Shown: positions 9,778 to 20,479 of the stretch, piece after piece
Numbering within the stretch: the first letter of the stretch is position 1
Layout: each line of letters begins with the position of its first letter
Assembly (NCBI GenBank): GCA_965221125.1
Contig: CBDCRW010000007.1
Coordinates: 1-64,000 of the forward strand
Direction: 5' to 3'
DNA from: Alphaproteobacteria bacterium
GTDB taxonomy: Bacteria; Pseudomonadota; Alphaproteobacteria; UBA828
DNA: 64,000 nt
Program-made: the position numbers and the translations under genes
Notes under the pieces: generated by a model
Databases searched by the model: none
Told to the model about the DNA's origin: nothing
What the model saw: the letters and a program-made list of their open reading frames with translations, nothing else

Positions 9778-10077
9778 ATGTCCGGCTACAGCCTCACCGC
9801 CGACGACATCGCCTTCCGCTCATGCGGCGATGACGAGTGGCTCGTCGTTGCAGACGGCGAGACCGTTGGCACCGTCATGAAGCGGCCCGCCTATACCACC
9901 CCGGATCACGGGGTCTTCTACGTGCACCTCTACGACGATGCCGCAGGACCCGTGGCAGTCGAGGATGCGCGCGCCGTGCGCGCGACAGTGGCCGAGCTGC
10001 TCGTCGACCGTGATCTTGCGCCCGCGATGCCGATGGTGCATCCCGCCTGGCGGGCGCAGCAGCACATGGCCGCCTGA
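9778..10077 (+). CDS. Hypothetical protein, 99 aa
   Basis: Protein-like composition, GC3-rich codons, collinear with neighbours. Confidence 0.6.
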   Translation: MSGYSLTADDIAFRSCGDDEWLVVADGETVGTVMKRPAYTTPDHGVFYVHLYDDAAGPVAVEDARAVRATVAELLVDRDLAPAMPMVHPAWRAQQHMAA

Positions 10078-10290
10078 CAGTACCACCACCGTCCTCCGGC
10101 ACCCTGGGGGCCGCGCCTGCGCCGATGACCGGCGCGTGCGCGTGCCCCCGTTTCCATGCAGCACGACCAGAGCCCCGTCCCGCCGGGCAGCGGCGCGGGT
10201 GCGCGGCGCGCCTCCCCGCCGCCCGCGCGCCGCCGAGAGCCCGAGACCGGCCGGAACGCGGGCACTCTCTGGACGGAGCGGGGGAGCCCC

Positions 10291-11472
10291 ATGAACGCCA
10301 CCCGGATCGCCAAGGCCCTCGGCGAGCGCGCCGAGGAGGTCTGCCGCGCCTACCTGCCCCACGGGCGCAGGCAGGGCAGGTACTGGACCGCCGGCGACAT
10401 TCACGGTGCCCGCGGGCGCTCGCTCTTCGTCCGTCTCACGCCTCCCGGCGTCCCCGGCAAGTGGACCGACTCCGCCGAGGGAACCCATGGCGATCTCCTC
10501 GACCTCATCCGCCACCGCATGGGCGACGTGCCGCTCCGCGACGCCATGGCCGAGGCCCGCGCCTTCCTCGCCTTGCCGGCTGTGCCGGCAGCGGCCTCGG
10601 ACGGGGCCTACGACTCCAGCGAGGCGGCGCGCCGCCTTTGGCGGCGCTGCCGCGCCATCGACGGCACGCATGCCGAGGCGTACCTCAGGGCCCGTGCCAT
10701 CCACCGCTGCCGCTTCCCCGCGCTGCGCTTCCACCCGGAACTCTTCTACCGCGACGGCGGCGGCATGCGTCGCCTGCCGGCCCTCGTCGCCGCCGTCACC
10801 GCCGACGCGGGGAAACACCCCGGTCCGGAGGAACACTCCGGTCCAGGCGAGCAGACCGCTCACGGCGCCATCGTCGGCGTGCATCGGACATGGCTCGATC
10901 CCAGACATCCCGCGAAGGCAGACGTGTCGTTCCCGCGCAAGGCGCTCGGCCGTGTCCACGGCCATGCCGTCCGCTTTGGCGACCCCAGCACCGGCACGCT
11001 GCTGGTGGGGGAGGGCATCGAGACGATGCTCTCCATCGTTACCGCCGTGCCGACCGTCACCGCCGCTGCCGCGCTCTCGGCCGGTGGGCTCGGTGCCTTC
11101 ACGCCGCCAACGGGCATCGCCCGTCTCGTCGTGGTCTGCGACAACGACGAGGCGGGCGAGCGCGCTGCGCTTCGACTGCGTCGGCGATGTTTTGCTCTGC
11201 GCATCGAGTGCGCCGTCATCGTCTCCCAGACCGGCGACTTCAACGAAGACATTGTGACCCTTGGTCCGCATGCCCTGGCCGCACGCATCGCGCCCCTGGT
11301 CTGCACCGGCGGGACCGTGCCCGCGGGCAACAAAGAAACAGAGGAGGCCTTGCGTGCCGAAATGGAAGCCTCTTCCGTCGTGTCCTCCAATTCTGTCACG
11401 CGTGCTCGCACCAGCAACCCTCCGGGTCCTCCGGTCGCTCCGCTCCCTGCGGCCTGGCCCAAGGAACTGTAA
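10291..11472 (+). CDS. Toprim-domain primase-like protein (plasmid/ICE backbone type)
   Basis: GKWTD..GTHGDLLDLI; GVHRTWL; LLVGEGIETMLS; VVCDNDEAG; GDFNED; SD GGGGAG before ATG 10291. Confidence 0.82.
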   Translation: MNATRIAKALGERAEEVCRAYLPHGRRQGRYWTAGDIHGARGRSLFVRLTPPGVPGKWTDSAEGTHGDLLDLIRHRMGDVPLRDAMAEARAFLALPAVPAAASDGAYDSSEAARRLWRRCRAIDGTHAEAYLRARAIHRCRFPALRFHPELFYRDGGGMRRLPALVAAVTADAGKHPGPEEHSGPGEQTAHGAIVGVHRTWLDPRHPAKADVSFPRKALGRVHGHAVRFGDPSTGTLLVGEGIETMLSIVTAVPTVTAAAALSAGGLGAFTPPTGIARLVVVCDNDEAGERAALRLRRRCFALRIECAVIVSQTGDFNEDIVTLGPHALAARIAPLVCTGGTVPAGNKETEEALRAEMEASSVVSSNSVTRARTSNPPGPPVAPLPAAWPKEL

Positions 11473-11862
11473 GGGCGGGCCGTGAAGTTCGGCGACCGTG
11501 AAGATGGCTTGCGTGTAATCGCCAACCGCCTCGTCTCGCAGCGCGCCGGCCCCTCGCGCGGGGCCGCCGCGTCACGCTGCACCGCTTCAAATCCATTCGC
11601 GGAACCATTCATAGCGGCGCCTAGACGCCGGGCAGGCCCAAGCGGGCCCGCCCGGCCCGGCGCCGCAATGACCACTGGAATGGATTTGCTGCGGAGCACC
11701 GTTCCCACCGGCACGTCGGCGCCATCTTCCGCACCATCGCCGAACTTCCGCACCACCCCGCCCAACAGTTCCTAAGGCCAGGTGCTGACACTGCGCGCGC
11801 GTGAAGAAGGAGGACACCACGACGGGGCACAGGGTCCCGGTGGATGAACAAGGGAGATCGTC

Positions 11863-12777
11863 ATGATCGACACCGCAACCGCTACCGCGTCTGCAACTGC
11901 CACCGTTTGCGAGAGCATGGCCCTCTACGGCGCCGCACCGGAGCGCGGCGAGCTCGACAGCCGCGTCGTCTGGGACGAAGACGATGCCATCGATGCACTG
12001 AGCGAGGCCATCCGCGTCATCGTGGACGGCGTCACCGTCGACGGCACCCAGATGGCCGACGAGCGCGAGCCCCTGATGTGGGGCTTCACCAACATGCTGC
12101 ACAGCCAGGTGCAGAGGCTCGACCGTGCCGTCGACCGCATCACTCCCGAGATGCGCGACCTCGAGAAGGCGCAGGATGGATCGGAGGTGAAGGCGTGGGA
12201 GCTGCAGACCCTCACCGACCGGGCGCAGAGCCTCGGCGACAGGCGCGATGCCTTCGAGAAGATGCGCGACATCGCAGCCGATGCCTACCGTGCTGAGACC
12301 GGCGACACATGGCGCCCGCGCCACGGCTCGCACACGAGCCGCACCGGAACGCTCACCTCTGCCGCCATCGATGCCCGCGACTTCCGCAGAGCCCGCAAGG
12401 ACCGCGAGACCCGGGCGCATCTGCCCGAGGGCACCCTGGTCGCGATCACCGGCGGCAAGACCGTCGCCGACGCCGACACGGTCTGGAGCACGCTCGACAT
12501 GGCCCGCGCGAAGCACGGCGACATGGTGCTGGTCCACGGCGGCGGCCCCGGCGTCGAGAAGATCGCAGCGAGCTGGGCCGAGGCCAGAGGCGTCAATCAG
12601 GTCGTCTGCCGCCCCGACTGGAACGCCCACGGCAAGGCCGCGCCCTTCCGCCGCAACGACGACCTGCTCAACCTGCTGCCCAAGGGCGTCATCGCATTCC
12701 CCGGTAGCGGAATCACCGGCAACCTCGTCGACAAGGCGAAGCGCTTGGGCATTCCCGTGATGGTCGTACCGGTCTGA
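11863..12777 (+). CDS. DUF2493/SLOG-family protein, 304 aa
   Basis: VAITGG, LVHGG, GKAAPFRRND, IAFPGSGITGNL motifs; usual neighbour of the toprim gene. Confidence 0.8.
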   Translation: MIDTATATASATATVCESMALYGAAPERGELDSRVVWDEDDAIDALSEAIRVIVDGVTVDGTQMADEREPLMWGFTNMLHSQVQRLDRAVDRITPEMRDLEKAQDGSEVKAWELQTLTDRAQSLGDRRDAFEKMRDIAADAYRAETGDTWRPRHGSHTSRTGTLTSAAIDARDFRRARKDRETRAHLPEGTLVAITGGKTVADADTVWSTLDMARAKHGDMVLVHGGGPGVEKIAASWAEARGVNQVVCRPDWNAHGKAAPFRRNDDLLNLLPKGVIAFPGSGITGNLVDKAKRLGIPVMVVPV

Positions 12778-14057
12778 TCGGCGCCCGCGACAGATACAGC
12801 GGTCGGTGCCTCACGGCACCGGCCGCGTTCTGCGTTTTCACGACGGCTGTCAATGCGCGCAGTCCGGTGCACCCGACCGCCGGTATCCGTATCGGCCACC
12901 GGTGTGCGCCCTCGATGGCCGGTGCCGCCGCGCTTCGCGCAGGCGGCGCTCGCGCTCTCTGCGGTCGCTGGCCATCCCACATCACTCCGAGCCCCGCGTC
13001 CGGCTCGGCGCTGCGCGCCATCGCCGGACGCTCGTCTCGCTGCAGAGAGACACACCGCGACTCAGTACGCGAAGTCAGAACCGCGGTCGAGCCGCGCGCC
13101 GCCATCGCCGGCCTTTGCAGCGGCGCGCGCATGGACTGCGCGCGCTCGCGCTTGTGCCGATGACGATGATCGCGGCGATGAAGATGGCGATGGTGCGCCG
13201 TCGACCGCCGCCGCCGACATCGTGCCGCAACTCACCTTCGACCCATGGACTGCAAGTCCCATGCGCGTGCTCGGCGTCAGCGCCGTCGCCGAAGACGACG
13301 AGCGCCTCCGCGGTTCGACGGACATTGGTGCCGTCGCGCCTGAACGGCCCGACGTCACCACGTCCGACACTCGTGACGATCATGGTGATCGGTCCACTGC
13401 GCCGACCATGATCGCTTGCCTCATTTCTACCGCATCTCCGAACGCCGCCAAGTCTGCGAGAACATGCGCCTGCACGAGCTCGGCAGATCGATCCCCGCGT
13501 GCATCCCGAGCCGTGCCGAGCGCACCGGAATCGCCACACACGGACAACACAAGTCGCCAATTGTGTTCTACATAACGCGTGCCATAAGAAATTCCGCGTA
13601 TGCTCTGCGAAATACGCCCGAATTCCCGGATTCCTGGCCTCACCGTGCCTCCTGCGCCCCCTAAGTGGCTGGGCCTGATAGCTTTTCTGCGGACCCCTGG
13701 ACCTGTCTTACGCCTTGAGGCGTTTTTTGCTCTCACACCTGACGCACCCCTAGGTGCAGTGCTACCTCGTGCCCGCTCCAGTACTCGGAGCTACGCTGGG
13801 GCCCTCAGGACTACGGCAATTGCGGCAAATTGGATGCCGGGAAAGCGCAACGCTTAAGCAATGCGATTGCTAACTCGTTGAAACTAAAGAGTCGACGGAA
13901 TCGTGCATCTCAACTGCAATCTGTAGCGAATTCCCTACCTCTAAATCGGGCCACGCGGGCATCTCTCCGCTTGTCTCTCCATGGCAGCCTCACCATCTCT
14001 ACAATTGGAACGCCATGGCAACATTCTGGACAGTCCCAAAACTGGAGGAGCGAGACC

Positions 14058-14435
14058 ATGACCGAGAATTCTGACACCAGCACCGGCGATCATGAGATTG
14101 CGCGCGTCAAGGGTCCGCTCGCCCGCAAGTCCCACAGCATCAGGTTCTCCGACGCCGAGTGGTTGACGATCCAGGCGCAGGCCGAGGAACGGGAGATGAT
14201 GCCCGGCGAGTACGTCCGCCATGCAGCGCTGAGCCTGGGTGCCGGTGCGCCCGGCGCGACCACCGCGGAGATCCCTCCCGGTCTCGTCAGGCTGATCGAG
14301 ACCACCTACCGCGCCGCCTACTTCGTCTCTACCGTCAAGCACAACGAAATGCTCCGCGATGGAAAGGGCGAGGAGGTCGACAGCGTGATCAAGCAAGGAA
14401 GGCTCGCCCAAGCCCACATACTGCGCGGCGAGTGA
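14058..14435 (+). CDS. Ribbon-helix-helix/MobC-like DNA-binding protein, 125 aa
   Basis: SHSIRFSDAEWLTIQAQAEEREMMPGEYVRHAAL pattern; SD GGAGGAG. Confidence 0.6.
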   Translation: MTENSDTSTGDHEIARVKGPLARKSHSIRFSDAEWLTIQAQAEEREMMPGEYVRHAALSLGAGAPGATTAEIPPGLVRLIETTYRAAYFVSTVKHNEMLRDGKGEEVDSVIKQGRLAQAHILRGE

Positions 14436-14518
14436 GCGCGCGGAAACCTTGTGGCGAGGTTGGTCAGATGCGATTGAGATCTGGCTGGGCACGGTGAGGA
14501 CGGGTAACCCGTTGCTGT

Positions 14519-15928
14519 TCAGAACTGCCGCACGAAGCGAAGCTCTCCGCGCGTCCGCTCGTAGTCGTAGAGCTGCGCGTTGGTCTCCCGCTCCTCGTTA
14601 ACCACCACCAGCTCGGGGCTGAAGCCCATCAGCGTGAAGGCGCGGTTGTGAACGGAGAGCCGCAGGCTCCGTGTGCGGTCCGACCGATCCTCGCCGGTCG
14701 GCGTGTGCGGGAACCACTCGTCCTCGAAGTCCGTCCAGCGCACCTCGCCGCCGCCGCCAACCGTGAAGCCCAGCGGCAGGATCACGGTGATCCCCGCCCC
14801 GATCCAGCGGCTGCTGTTGCGCTCCCGCTCCCTCTCGGGGCGCTCCTGGCCGTAGCCGCCGGAAAGGTCTGCCCGCACCGTCGGCGTCACCACCCAGGAT
14901 CCCCTGACCGATGCGTCCATGATCGGCCCGTCCAGCCAGGGGCGGTTACGGTAGCGCCGATCGTGCCAGGACGTCTGGGTGAACGCCGTCACCCGCGAGC
15001 TGACGCGATGGGCCACCTCAAGGCGCGCGCCCAGCTCGCGGTTGTCCGGCGCGGTGCTTGCCCAGCGCTGCCGCGCGCTCGCCAGCAGGCTTCCTTCCGT
15101 ACGTTCGTCCACCAGCCAGCGCGGGCCGAGATGCGTGGAGAGGAACAGTTGATCGAACTCCGAGCCCCCGTACTCACGGCGCGCTGCTTCGCCGCCGGCA
15201 CGGAGCCGCCAGCGTTCCGCCAGCGGCACCTGGTACTCCGCACCGCCCCACACCGAGACGCCGACGCCTGAGGTGGTCAGTTCTTCCGCGTCGCGCTCGA
15301 AGGGCAGGCCGAAGATGTAGATAGTCCGCTCCTCGGAGCCAGCGCCGATGTTGGTGTCCGGCGCCAAGGCCACGCCTGCGCTGAAGCTCCAGCGCCCGCG
15401 CGACCTGATCTCATTGAGGAAGAGGTTGACGTTGGCGGCCACTTCGTCGGGCACGCCGCCGGCCAGCACCGCCTCGAAGTGGCGCACGGCGAGTTCGTCC
15501 TCGCCCTTGAGGAAGAAGGCGCGGGCCAGCTCCAGCCGCACCCGCACCAGCCCAGGCGCCTCGACCAGCATGGCGTGGAATGCGGCGATGGCCTCGTTCA
15601 GCAGGATCTCACGTTCATCGTCGGAGCGGCCGGAGCGTTGGGATGCCTCCAGCGAGGCCAGGCCGTAGAGGAAGAGCGTGTTGGCCTCGACCCGCTCCTG
15701 CTTGAGCAGGGGGCGCAAGACGACGATCGCCTCCTCGAAGCGGCCGGCATTCAACAGCGCTTGAGCCTGATCGACGCTGATGGAGCCCGGCTCCCTCGTC
15801 GCCTCCGTGGATGGAGATGCTGTGCGCGACGGTGACACGGGCGGCTCTTGGCCCACGCCCCAGGCCGACGGGACCACCAGGAGGCAGATCGTGAGCGCCA
15901 GAAAGCGGCGGAAACGAGCGGGGAGCAT
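14519..15928 (-). CDS. Slam-like surface lipoprotein assembly modifier (TPR plus DUF560 beta-barrel), copy 1
   Basis: Signal peptide; TPR RVRLELARAFF; barrel start ALAPDTNI; terminal F; directly downstream of a lipoprotein. Confidence 0.85.
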   Translation of the reverse strand: MLPARFRRFLALTICLLVVPSAWGVGQEPPVSPSRTASPSTEATREPGSISVDQAQALLNAGRFEEAIVVLRPLLKQERVEANTLFLYGLASLEASQRSGRSDDEREILLNEAIAAFHAMLVEAPGLVRVRLELARAFFLKGEDELAVRHFEAVLAGGVPDEVAANVNLFLNEIRSRGRWSFSAGVALAPDTNIGAGSEERTIYIFGLPFERDAEELTTSGVGVSVWGGAEYQVPLAERWRLRAGGEAARREYGGSEFDQLFLSTHLGPRWLVDERTEGSLLASARQRWASTAPDNRELGARLEVAHRVSSRVTAFTQTSWHDRRYRNRPWLDGPIMDASVRGSWVVTPTVRADLSGGYGQERPERERERNSSRWIGAGITVILPLGFTVGGGGEVRWTDFEDEWFPHTPTGEDRSDRTRSLRLSVHNRAFTLMGFSPELVVVNEERETNAQLYDYERTRGELRFVRQF

Positions 15929-16005
15929 CGTGCGGGGCCTCGGGTCGGGAAGCGAGTCGAAATGGGCAAGGAGGACAACCGGGGGGAGTCGGTCTGGCGG
16001 ACCCC

Positions 16006-16039
16006 AACAAGAAGGGGAGGCGACCGAAGCCGCCTCCCC
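16006..16039 (-). terminator. Intrinsic terminator/attenuator between lipoprotein 1 and Slam 1
   Basis: Minus strand GGGGAGGCGGC-TTCG-GTCGCCTCCCC followed by TTCTTGTT. Confidence 0.75.
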
Positions 16040-16064
16040 CACAACAACAAGTTCAGAAGTGCGG

Positions 16065-17606
16065 TTACTCGTCGAGGTGTGCACCGAACGCACCGACCAT
16101 ACGACCAACGACGGTATCGACCGTCATGTGGGTCGCCATGAATTGGCCCGTGGCCACTGTGGGCACATTGTTGTCGCCTTCCCCGCGGAGACCGCCCGAC
16201 CACGACCCGTCTACCGCTCCATTGACTCCGCCGATAGTCCAGACCACGGCGTTGGACGCAGTATCGCCAGAATTATCGCTAGTGGTGTTGAACGCGCCCG
16301 TCCCATCAGTAAAGGTCGTCGCGCCGAGCGCAACGCTCCAGTCCATCATCTCACCGCCGGCCATGAAGTTCTCGACCATCCCGGAGATCGTTCCGTTAGC
16401 AGCCTCGTCGCCGAAATCGGCGGTCAAGGTCGCGTCGGCCGTCCAGTGGCCACCGGAGGCGGTGGAGATGCTCGGGTTGATGGCGTACTTGCCGGCCGCC
16501 GAGCCCTTGTAGGTGGCCTTGCCGCCCAGTGGGGTGAAGTTGGTCGCGATGGCCGGCCCCAATGTGGCTTCATCACCGGTGAGGTCCGTCACGCCGTGGA
16601 ACACGCCAGCCTCGACATCATCGGCAGTGCCCTTGTTCAGCCACCAGCCGAAATAGGCGAAGGACGGGTCGACCATCATGGCCATGGCGCCGGAATCAGG
16701 ATCGAAAATCCATGTTGAGCCCTCGAGCCTCACCGCTCCGTCGCCTGCATCGTGGGAGACGCAAGCGTTTGCCGCCGCGGCAGCGCACCGGTACTCGCCG
16801 GCAGCCCCGTTGAAGGTGCCGCGGATCATCACATCGACTGCATCGTCATCCGCACCGGCGTCCGGGGCGTGGTCCTTCTTGCCGGTGTGCATGAAATCCG
16901 ATGCCATAATCTTGGACCGGTTATCCGCAGCGAGAAGTGCGGTGTTGGGCAAGTTCCCGTTACCGTCGAGATCATACACGGTATCGAAGGCAACCGGCTT
17001 CGGCGCCGCGATGTCGGTATAGACAACCACAGTGCTGCTGGTACCGGGATTGGTGGCGGCGTCGGCAGCGTTAGCGTCGGTGAGCATCGTACCCTGCCAC
17101 ATGCCCAGCATCGGCTCCGCGGACTTCATCACATCGTCGCGGCCAACGCCGGGAACCAAGCCGTCGCCCGTGGCCGTGACCCCAGCCATGCCGCCACCGT
17201 GTACGTCGGTAACAGCGTTGGAGGCTGCAATCGTGACCGACAAGGTATCGGTGTCGCCCATGCCGCCGAACAGCGCCATGGCGTCCTTGGCGGCGGCCTC
17301 AGCGGCAGCCTTGTCCTCGGCGTCCTGCGCGTCGTCGATCTGCTTCTGAAGATCGGCCACCTGCTGCGTGAGGTTGGCCACGCTGCCGGTCAGGTCGTCG
17401 ATGTCGATCGGATCCAGCCCAAGTTCCGCCCGCAGGGTATTGATCTGCTCCTGAAGCGCGGCGATCTGCTCGGCCGGTGTCTCCATCTCCATGCCGTCCG
17501 TCGCCGGTGGATCGTCGCTGTCATGGGTGCAGCCGTACATGACGGCAGTCAGTGCGACGATCGAGACCGCCGCCAGCAAGCTGCGAGTCAGCTTCGTCTT
17601 CTTCAT
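16065..17606 (-). CDS. Surface lipoprotein 1 (TbpB-like C-terminal barrel, Slam-substrate type), 513 aa
   Basis: Lipoprotein signal ending AVMYG-C; short coiled coil; FGWWL, ATYKGSAAGKY, LTADFG and terminal GAFGA. Confidence 0.85.
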   Translation of the reverse strand: MKKTKLTRSLLAAVSIVALTAVMYGCTHDSDDPPATDGMEMETPAEQIAALQEQINTLRAELGLDPIDIDDLTGSVANLTQQVADLQKQIDDAQDAEDKAAAEAAAKDAMALFGGMGDTDTLSVTIAASNAVTDVHGGGMAGVTATGDGLVPGVGRDDVMKSAEPMLGMWQGTMLTDANAADAATNPGTSSTVVVYTDIAAPKPVAFDTVYDLDGNGNLPNTALLAADNRSKIMASDFMHTGKKDHAPDAGADDDAVDVMIRGTFNGAAGEYRCAAAAANACVSHDAGDGAVRLEGSTWIFDPDSGAMAMMVDPSFAYFGWWLNKGTADDVEAGVFHGVTDLTGDEATLGPAIATNFTPLGGKATYKGSAAGKYAINPSISTASGGHWTADATLTADFGDEAANGTISGMVENFMAGGEMMDWSVALGATTFTDGTGAFNTTSDNSGDTASNAVVWTIGGVNGAVDGSWSGGLRGEGDNNVPTVATGQFMATHMTVDTVVGRMVGAFGAHLDE

Positions 17607-17613
17607 GGCTTCG

Positions 17614-17693
17614 AGGCTCTCCTTTTCTACAGGTACGTGTAGCGTTTGTTCTAATTCTGACGTCAGAGCTACGCTATGCTACGATTCTGTACG
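17614..17693 (+). promoter_or_regulatory. attL-like site: core plus arm-type repeats
   Basis: Core 17614-17625; GCTACG/GCTACG/TGTACG at 17668, 17678 and 17688 (10-bp period). Confidence 0.7.
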
Positions 17694-17960
17694 TTGTTTC
17701 CGTTAGCTAGGTAGAACCCTCGCTCTTGACGAGACGACAATCCTACGCTCCAATACGCAGGAGTTTGATGTCGCGGGCGTCCGCAGTGATGACGGTAATT
17801 TTGGCCATTCCGACCGATCCCGAATTTTCCCGCCGCGAGGCGGCGGAAGCCCGGAATCCGAACTCGTTCCGTCGTCAGGTGACGGTGAGACGCGGCTGCG
17901 GAATCAGCGACCCGCCGATGACCCCGGCCAGCAGGGCGGCGCGTAATGGGGAGATAGCCG

Positions 17961-19181
17961 ATGCCCAAGCGAAGTGAACTCTCGATCTCCAAGCGCACCG
18001 TCGACATGCTCGCCGTCGAGGGCAAGGACACCACCTTCTGGGACAGGGAGCTGCCCGGCTTCGGTGTCAGGGTCTACCCCTCGGGCAGCAAGATCTACAT
18101 CGTGCAGTCCCGCGGGCCGGTGGGCATCAAGCGCGTGTCCCTCGGACGCCACGGCGACGTCACGCCCGAGCAGGCGCGCAAGAAGGCTTCTGCGGCCATC
18201 ACCCGTATCAAGAAGGGCGAGGACCCGGTGGCGAGGCCCCTCCCTGCGCTCACAGTCGCCCAACTGGCCGAGCGCTATCTGGAGGCCCATGTGATGGTGC
18301 ACTGCAACGCCCACACGCAAGGCATCTACAAGGGCTCGCTCAGGAACCACATCCTGCCGGCGCTGGGCACGCTGCCTCTGGACAAGGTGGGACGTGCCGA
18401 GGTGGCGGCGCTGCACTACGAACTGCGGGAGACGCCGCGTGCCGCGAACCGGGCGCTGATGGTGCTGTCGAAGATGTTCTCGTTGGCCGAGGCGTGGGGT
18501 GTCGGGCCACGAGACGGCAACCCCTGCCGGTTCGTGCAGCGCTACAAGGAGGGACGGCGCGAGCGCTTCCTGACCGAGGACGAGTACCGCAGGGTGGGCG
18601 AGGCGCTGTGCGAGCTTGAGGCCGAGGGCCCGGTGTCGGCGCGGGCTGCGGCGGCGCTGCGGCTTCTGATGCTGACGGGATGCCGGCTGGGGGAGATACA
18701 GACGCTCAGGTGGAGCGACATCGACCGCAAGGCAGGCGAGATTCGCCTGCGCGATGCGAAGACCGGAGCACGCATGGTGCCGCTGACGCCCGCCGTGCTG
18801 GAGGTCCTGGCGGGGATCAAGCGGGTGAGGCGCAGCCCCTGGGTGATCACGGGGAGCAAGCCCAACCGCCACCTGGCGACGCTGACCAGCCACTGGCACC
18901 GGGTGCGCGAGAAGGCAGAGGTCGAGGACGTGCGCATTCATGACCTGCGTCACAGCTTTGCGTCTCGCGCCCTGGCCCTCGGTCTTCAGCTGCCGATGAT
19001 CGGCCGTCTTCTCGGCCACACGGACGTGAGCAGCACGGCGCGGTACGCGCATCTGTCGCAGGAGGCCGAGAAGGTGGCTGCCGCCCGCGTGGGCGGCAGC
19101 ATCGAAGACGACATCCTGCGCATGGAGAGCGCCGCCGCCCATGCCGGCGCCGACGGCATGACGCCGGTCGAGGCGGCGTAG
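17961..19181 (+). CDS. Tyrosine integrase with N-terminal arm-binding (DUF4102-type) domain, 406 aa
   Basis: FWDRELPGFGVRV; LTGCRLGEI; DAKTG; HDLRHSFAS; LLGH; TARYAH. Confidence 0.93.
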   Translation: MPKRSELSISKRTVDMLAVEGKDTTFWDRELPGFGVRVYPSGSKIYIVQSRGPVGIKRVSLGRHGDVTPEQARKKASAAITRIKKGEDPVARPLPALTVAQLAERYLEAHVMVHCNAHTQGIYKGSLRNHILPALGTLPLDKVGRAEVAALHYELRETPRAANRALMVLSKMFSLAEAWGVGPRDGNPCRFVQRYKEGRRERFLTEDEYRRVGEALCELEAEGPVSARAAAALRLLMLTGCRLGEIQTLRWSDIDRKAGEIRLRDAKTGARMVPLTPAVLEVLAGIKRVRRSPWVITGSKPNRHLATLTSHWHRVREKAEVEDVRIHDLRHSFASRALALGLQLPMIGRLLGHTDVSSTARYAHLSQEAEKVAAARVGGSIEDDILRMESAAAHAGADGMTPVEAA

Positions 19182-19192
19182 GAGAACGGGAC

Positions 19193-20362
19193 ATGCCGCG
19201 ACTGAAGAAGAGATCGCTGTCCAACCGGGTGGTCGACGCGTTGACCCCAGAGGACAAGGAGATCATGTGCTGGGACCGGGACCTGCCGGGCTTCGGGGTG
19301 CGGGTCTATCCCAACGGGTCCAAGACCTACGTGGTCCAGCGCAGGGGCCGGCGCGGCTCGAAGCGGATCGCCGTCGGCCGCCACGGCACCCTGTCCGTGG
19401 ACGAGGCCCGCCGGCAGGCGGCCGTGATCCTCACCCGCATGGAGACCGGCGGCGAGCCGGGGGCGAAGCCGGACCCGGACGAAGGGCCGACGGTGGCGGA
19501 GCTGGCGGAGCGCTACCTCCGCGAGCACGTGGCGGTTCACTGCAAGCCGGCCACCGCCCTGGGCTACCGCCGGACGATCGAGCGGAACATCCTGCCGAGG
19601 CTGGGCAAGCTGCCGATCACCGAACTCGACCGCACGCACGTTGCCGAGCTCCAGTATCGCCTGCGCAAGAGGCCGACGGCGGCGAACGACGCCGTTGGCG
19701 CGCTGTCCCGGATGCTGAACCGTGCGCAGGCGTGGGGGCTGCTGCCGGGCGGCAGCAACCCCTGCCGCTTCGTGAAGCCCTACCGGACGCGGCGGCCCGA
19801 GCGCTTCCTGACCGAAGACGAGTTCCGCCGTCTCGGTCAGACCCTGGACGATCTGGAAGCCGAGGGCCGGCTACCCATCCACGTCGCGGCGGCGTTCCGG
19901 CTGCTGACGCTGACGGGGTGCCGGTCGGGCGAGGTGCTGACGCTGCGCTGGAGTGACGTGGCGCTGGAGCGGAACGAGATCAGGTTGGCCGATAGCAAGA
20001 CCGGTCCCCGGATCGTTCCGCTGTCGCCTGCGGCGGCGCGTGTGCTGGCCGGGCTGCCGCGTCTCGCGGGCAACCCCTGGGTGATCGCAGGCCCGGAGCC
20101 GGGCGAGCGGCAGATGCAGCTCACCTATTACTGGTACAAGGTGAGAGAGCACGCCGGTCTCGACGACGTGCGGATTCATGACCTGCGTCACAGCTTCGCG
20201 TCGCGCGCCCTGGCGCTGGGCCATGACCTCACGATGATCGGCAAGCTTCTCGGGCACAGGAAGCTGCAGAGCACCGCGCGGTACGCGCACCTGGCGCGGG
20301 ACTCGGTGAAGGAGTCCGCTGCCCTGGTGGCGGCCAGCATCGCCGCCGATATCATGCCGTGA
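19193..20362 (+). CDS. Second tandem tyrosine integrase, 389 aa
   Basis: Same motif set (LTGCRSGEV, HDLRHSFAS, LLGH, TARYAH); starts 11 nt after the first integrase. Confidence 0.93.
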   Translation: MPRLKKRSLSNRVVDALTPEDKEIMCWDRDLPGFGVRVYPNGSKTYVVQRRGRRGSKRIAVGRHGTLSVDEARRQAAVILTRMETGGEPGAKPDPDEGPTVAELAERYLREHVAVHCKPATALGYRRTIERNILPRLGKLPITELDRTHVAELQYRLRKRPTAANDAVGALSRMLNRAQAWGLLPGGSNPCRFVKPYRTRRPERFLTEDEFRRLGQTLDDLEAEGRLPIHVAAAFRLLTLTGCRSGEVLTLRWSDVALERNEIRLADSKTGPRIVPLSPAAARVLAGLPRLAGNPWVIAGPEPGERQMQLTYYWYKVREHAGLDDVRIHDLRHSFASRALALGHDLTMIGKLLGHRKLQSTARYAHLARDSVKESAALVAASIAADIMP

Positions 20363-20430
20363 GAGTGGCTCGATCCTCCCGCCTGACGATCACCGGCCCG
20401 CCCCGACCATTGGCGTGATGCGGGCGAGAT

Positions 20431-20458
20431 TTGACATGAGTTAGCGCCACACGCTAAT
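20431..20458 (+). promoter_or_regulatory. higBA promoter/operator
   Basis: TTGACA at 20431 followed by palindrome TTAGCG-N5-CGCTAA (20441-20457). Confidence 0.6.
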
Positions 20459-20479
20459 AGCGTGGTGCGGCCATCGGGA

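Larger units (their letters stand above)
1..13746 (+). repeat. Large inverted repeat, copy 1 (runs off the left window edge)
   Basis: ORFs have identical-translation mirrors on the opposite strand, except those crossing the IS21 site or the repeat edge. Coordinate sums are 49243 (e.g. 366+48877) and 46428 (e.g. 11863+34565). Identity ends after ...TCTCACACCTGACGCA at 13746. Confidence 0.95.

Noticed and set aside
10813-10846. 18-bp tandem duplication in the toprim gene (KHPGPE/EHSGPG)
   Set aside because: In-frame two-unit loop insertion with no sign of function.
12800-13740. Several overlapping 100-240 aa ORFs at the inner end of the repeat
   Set aside because: Low-complexity Arg/Ala/Pro translations with no consistent frame or RBS; no gene call can be supported.
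9620-14435. Complete conjugative ICE
   Set aside because: No relaxase, coupling protein or T4SS genes in the window; only backbone-type genes are present.
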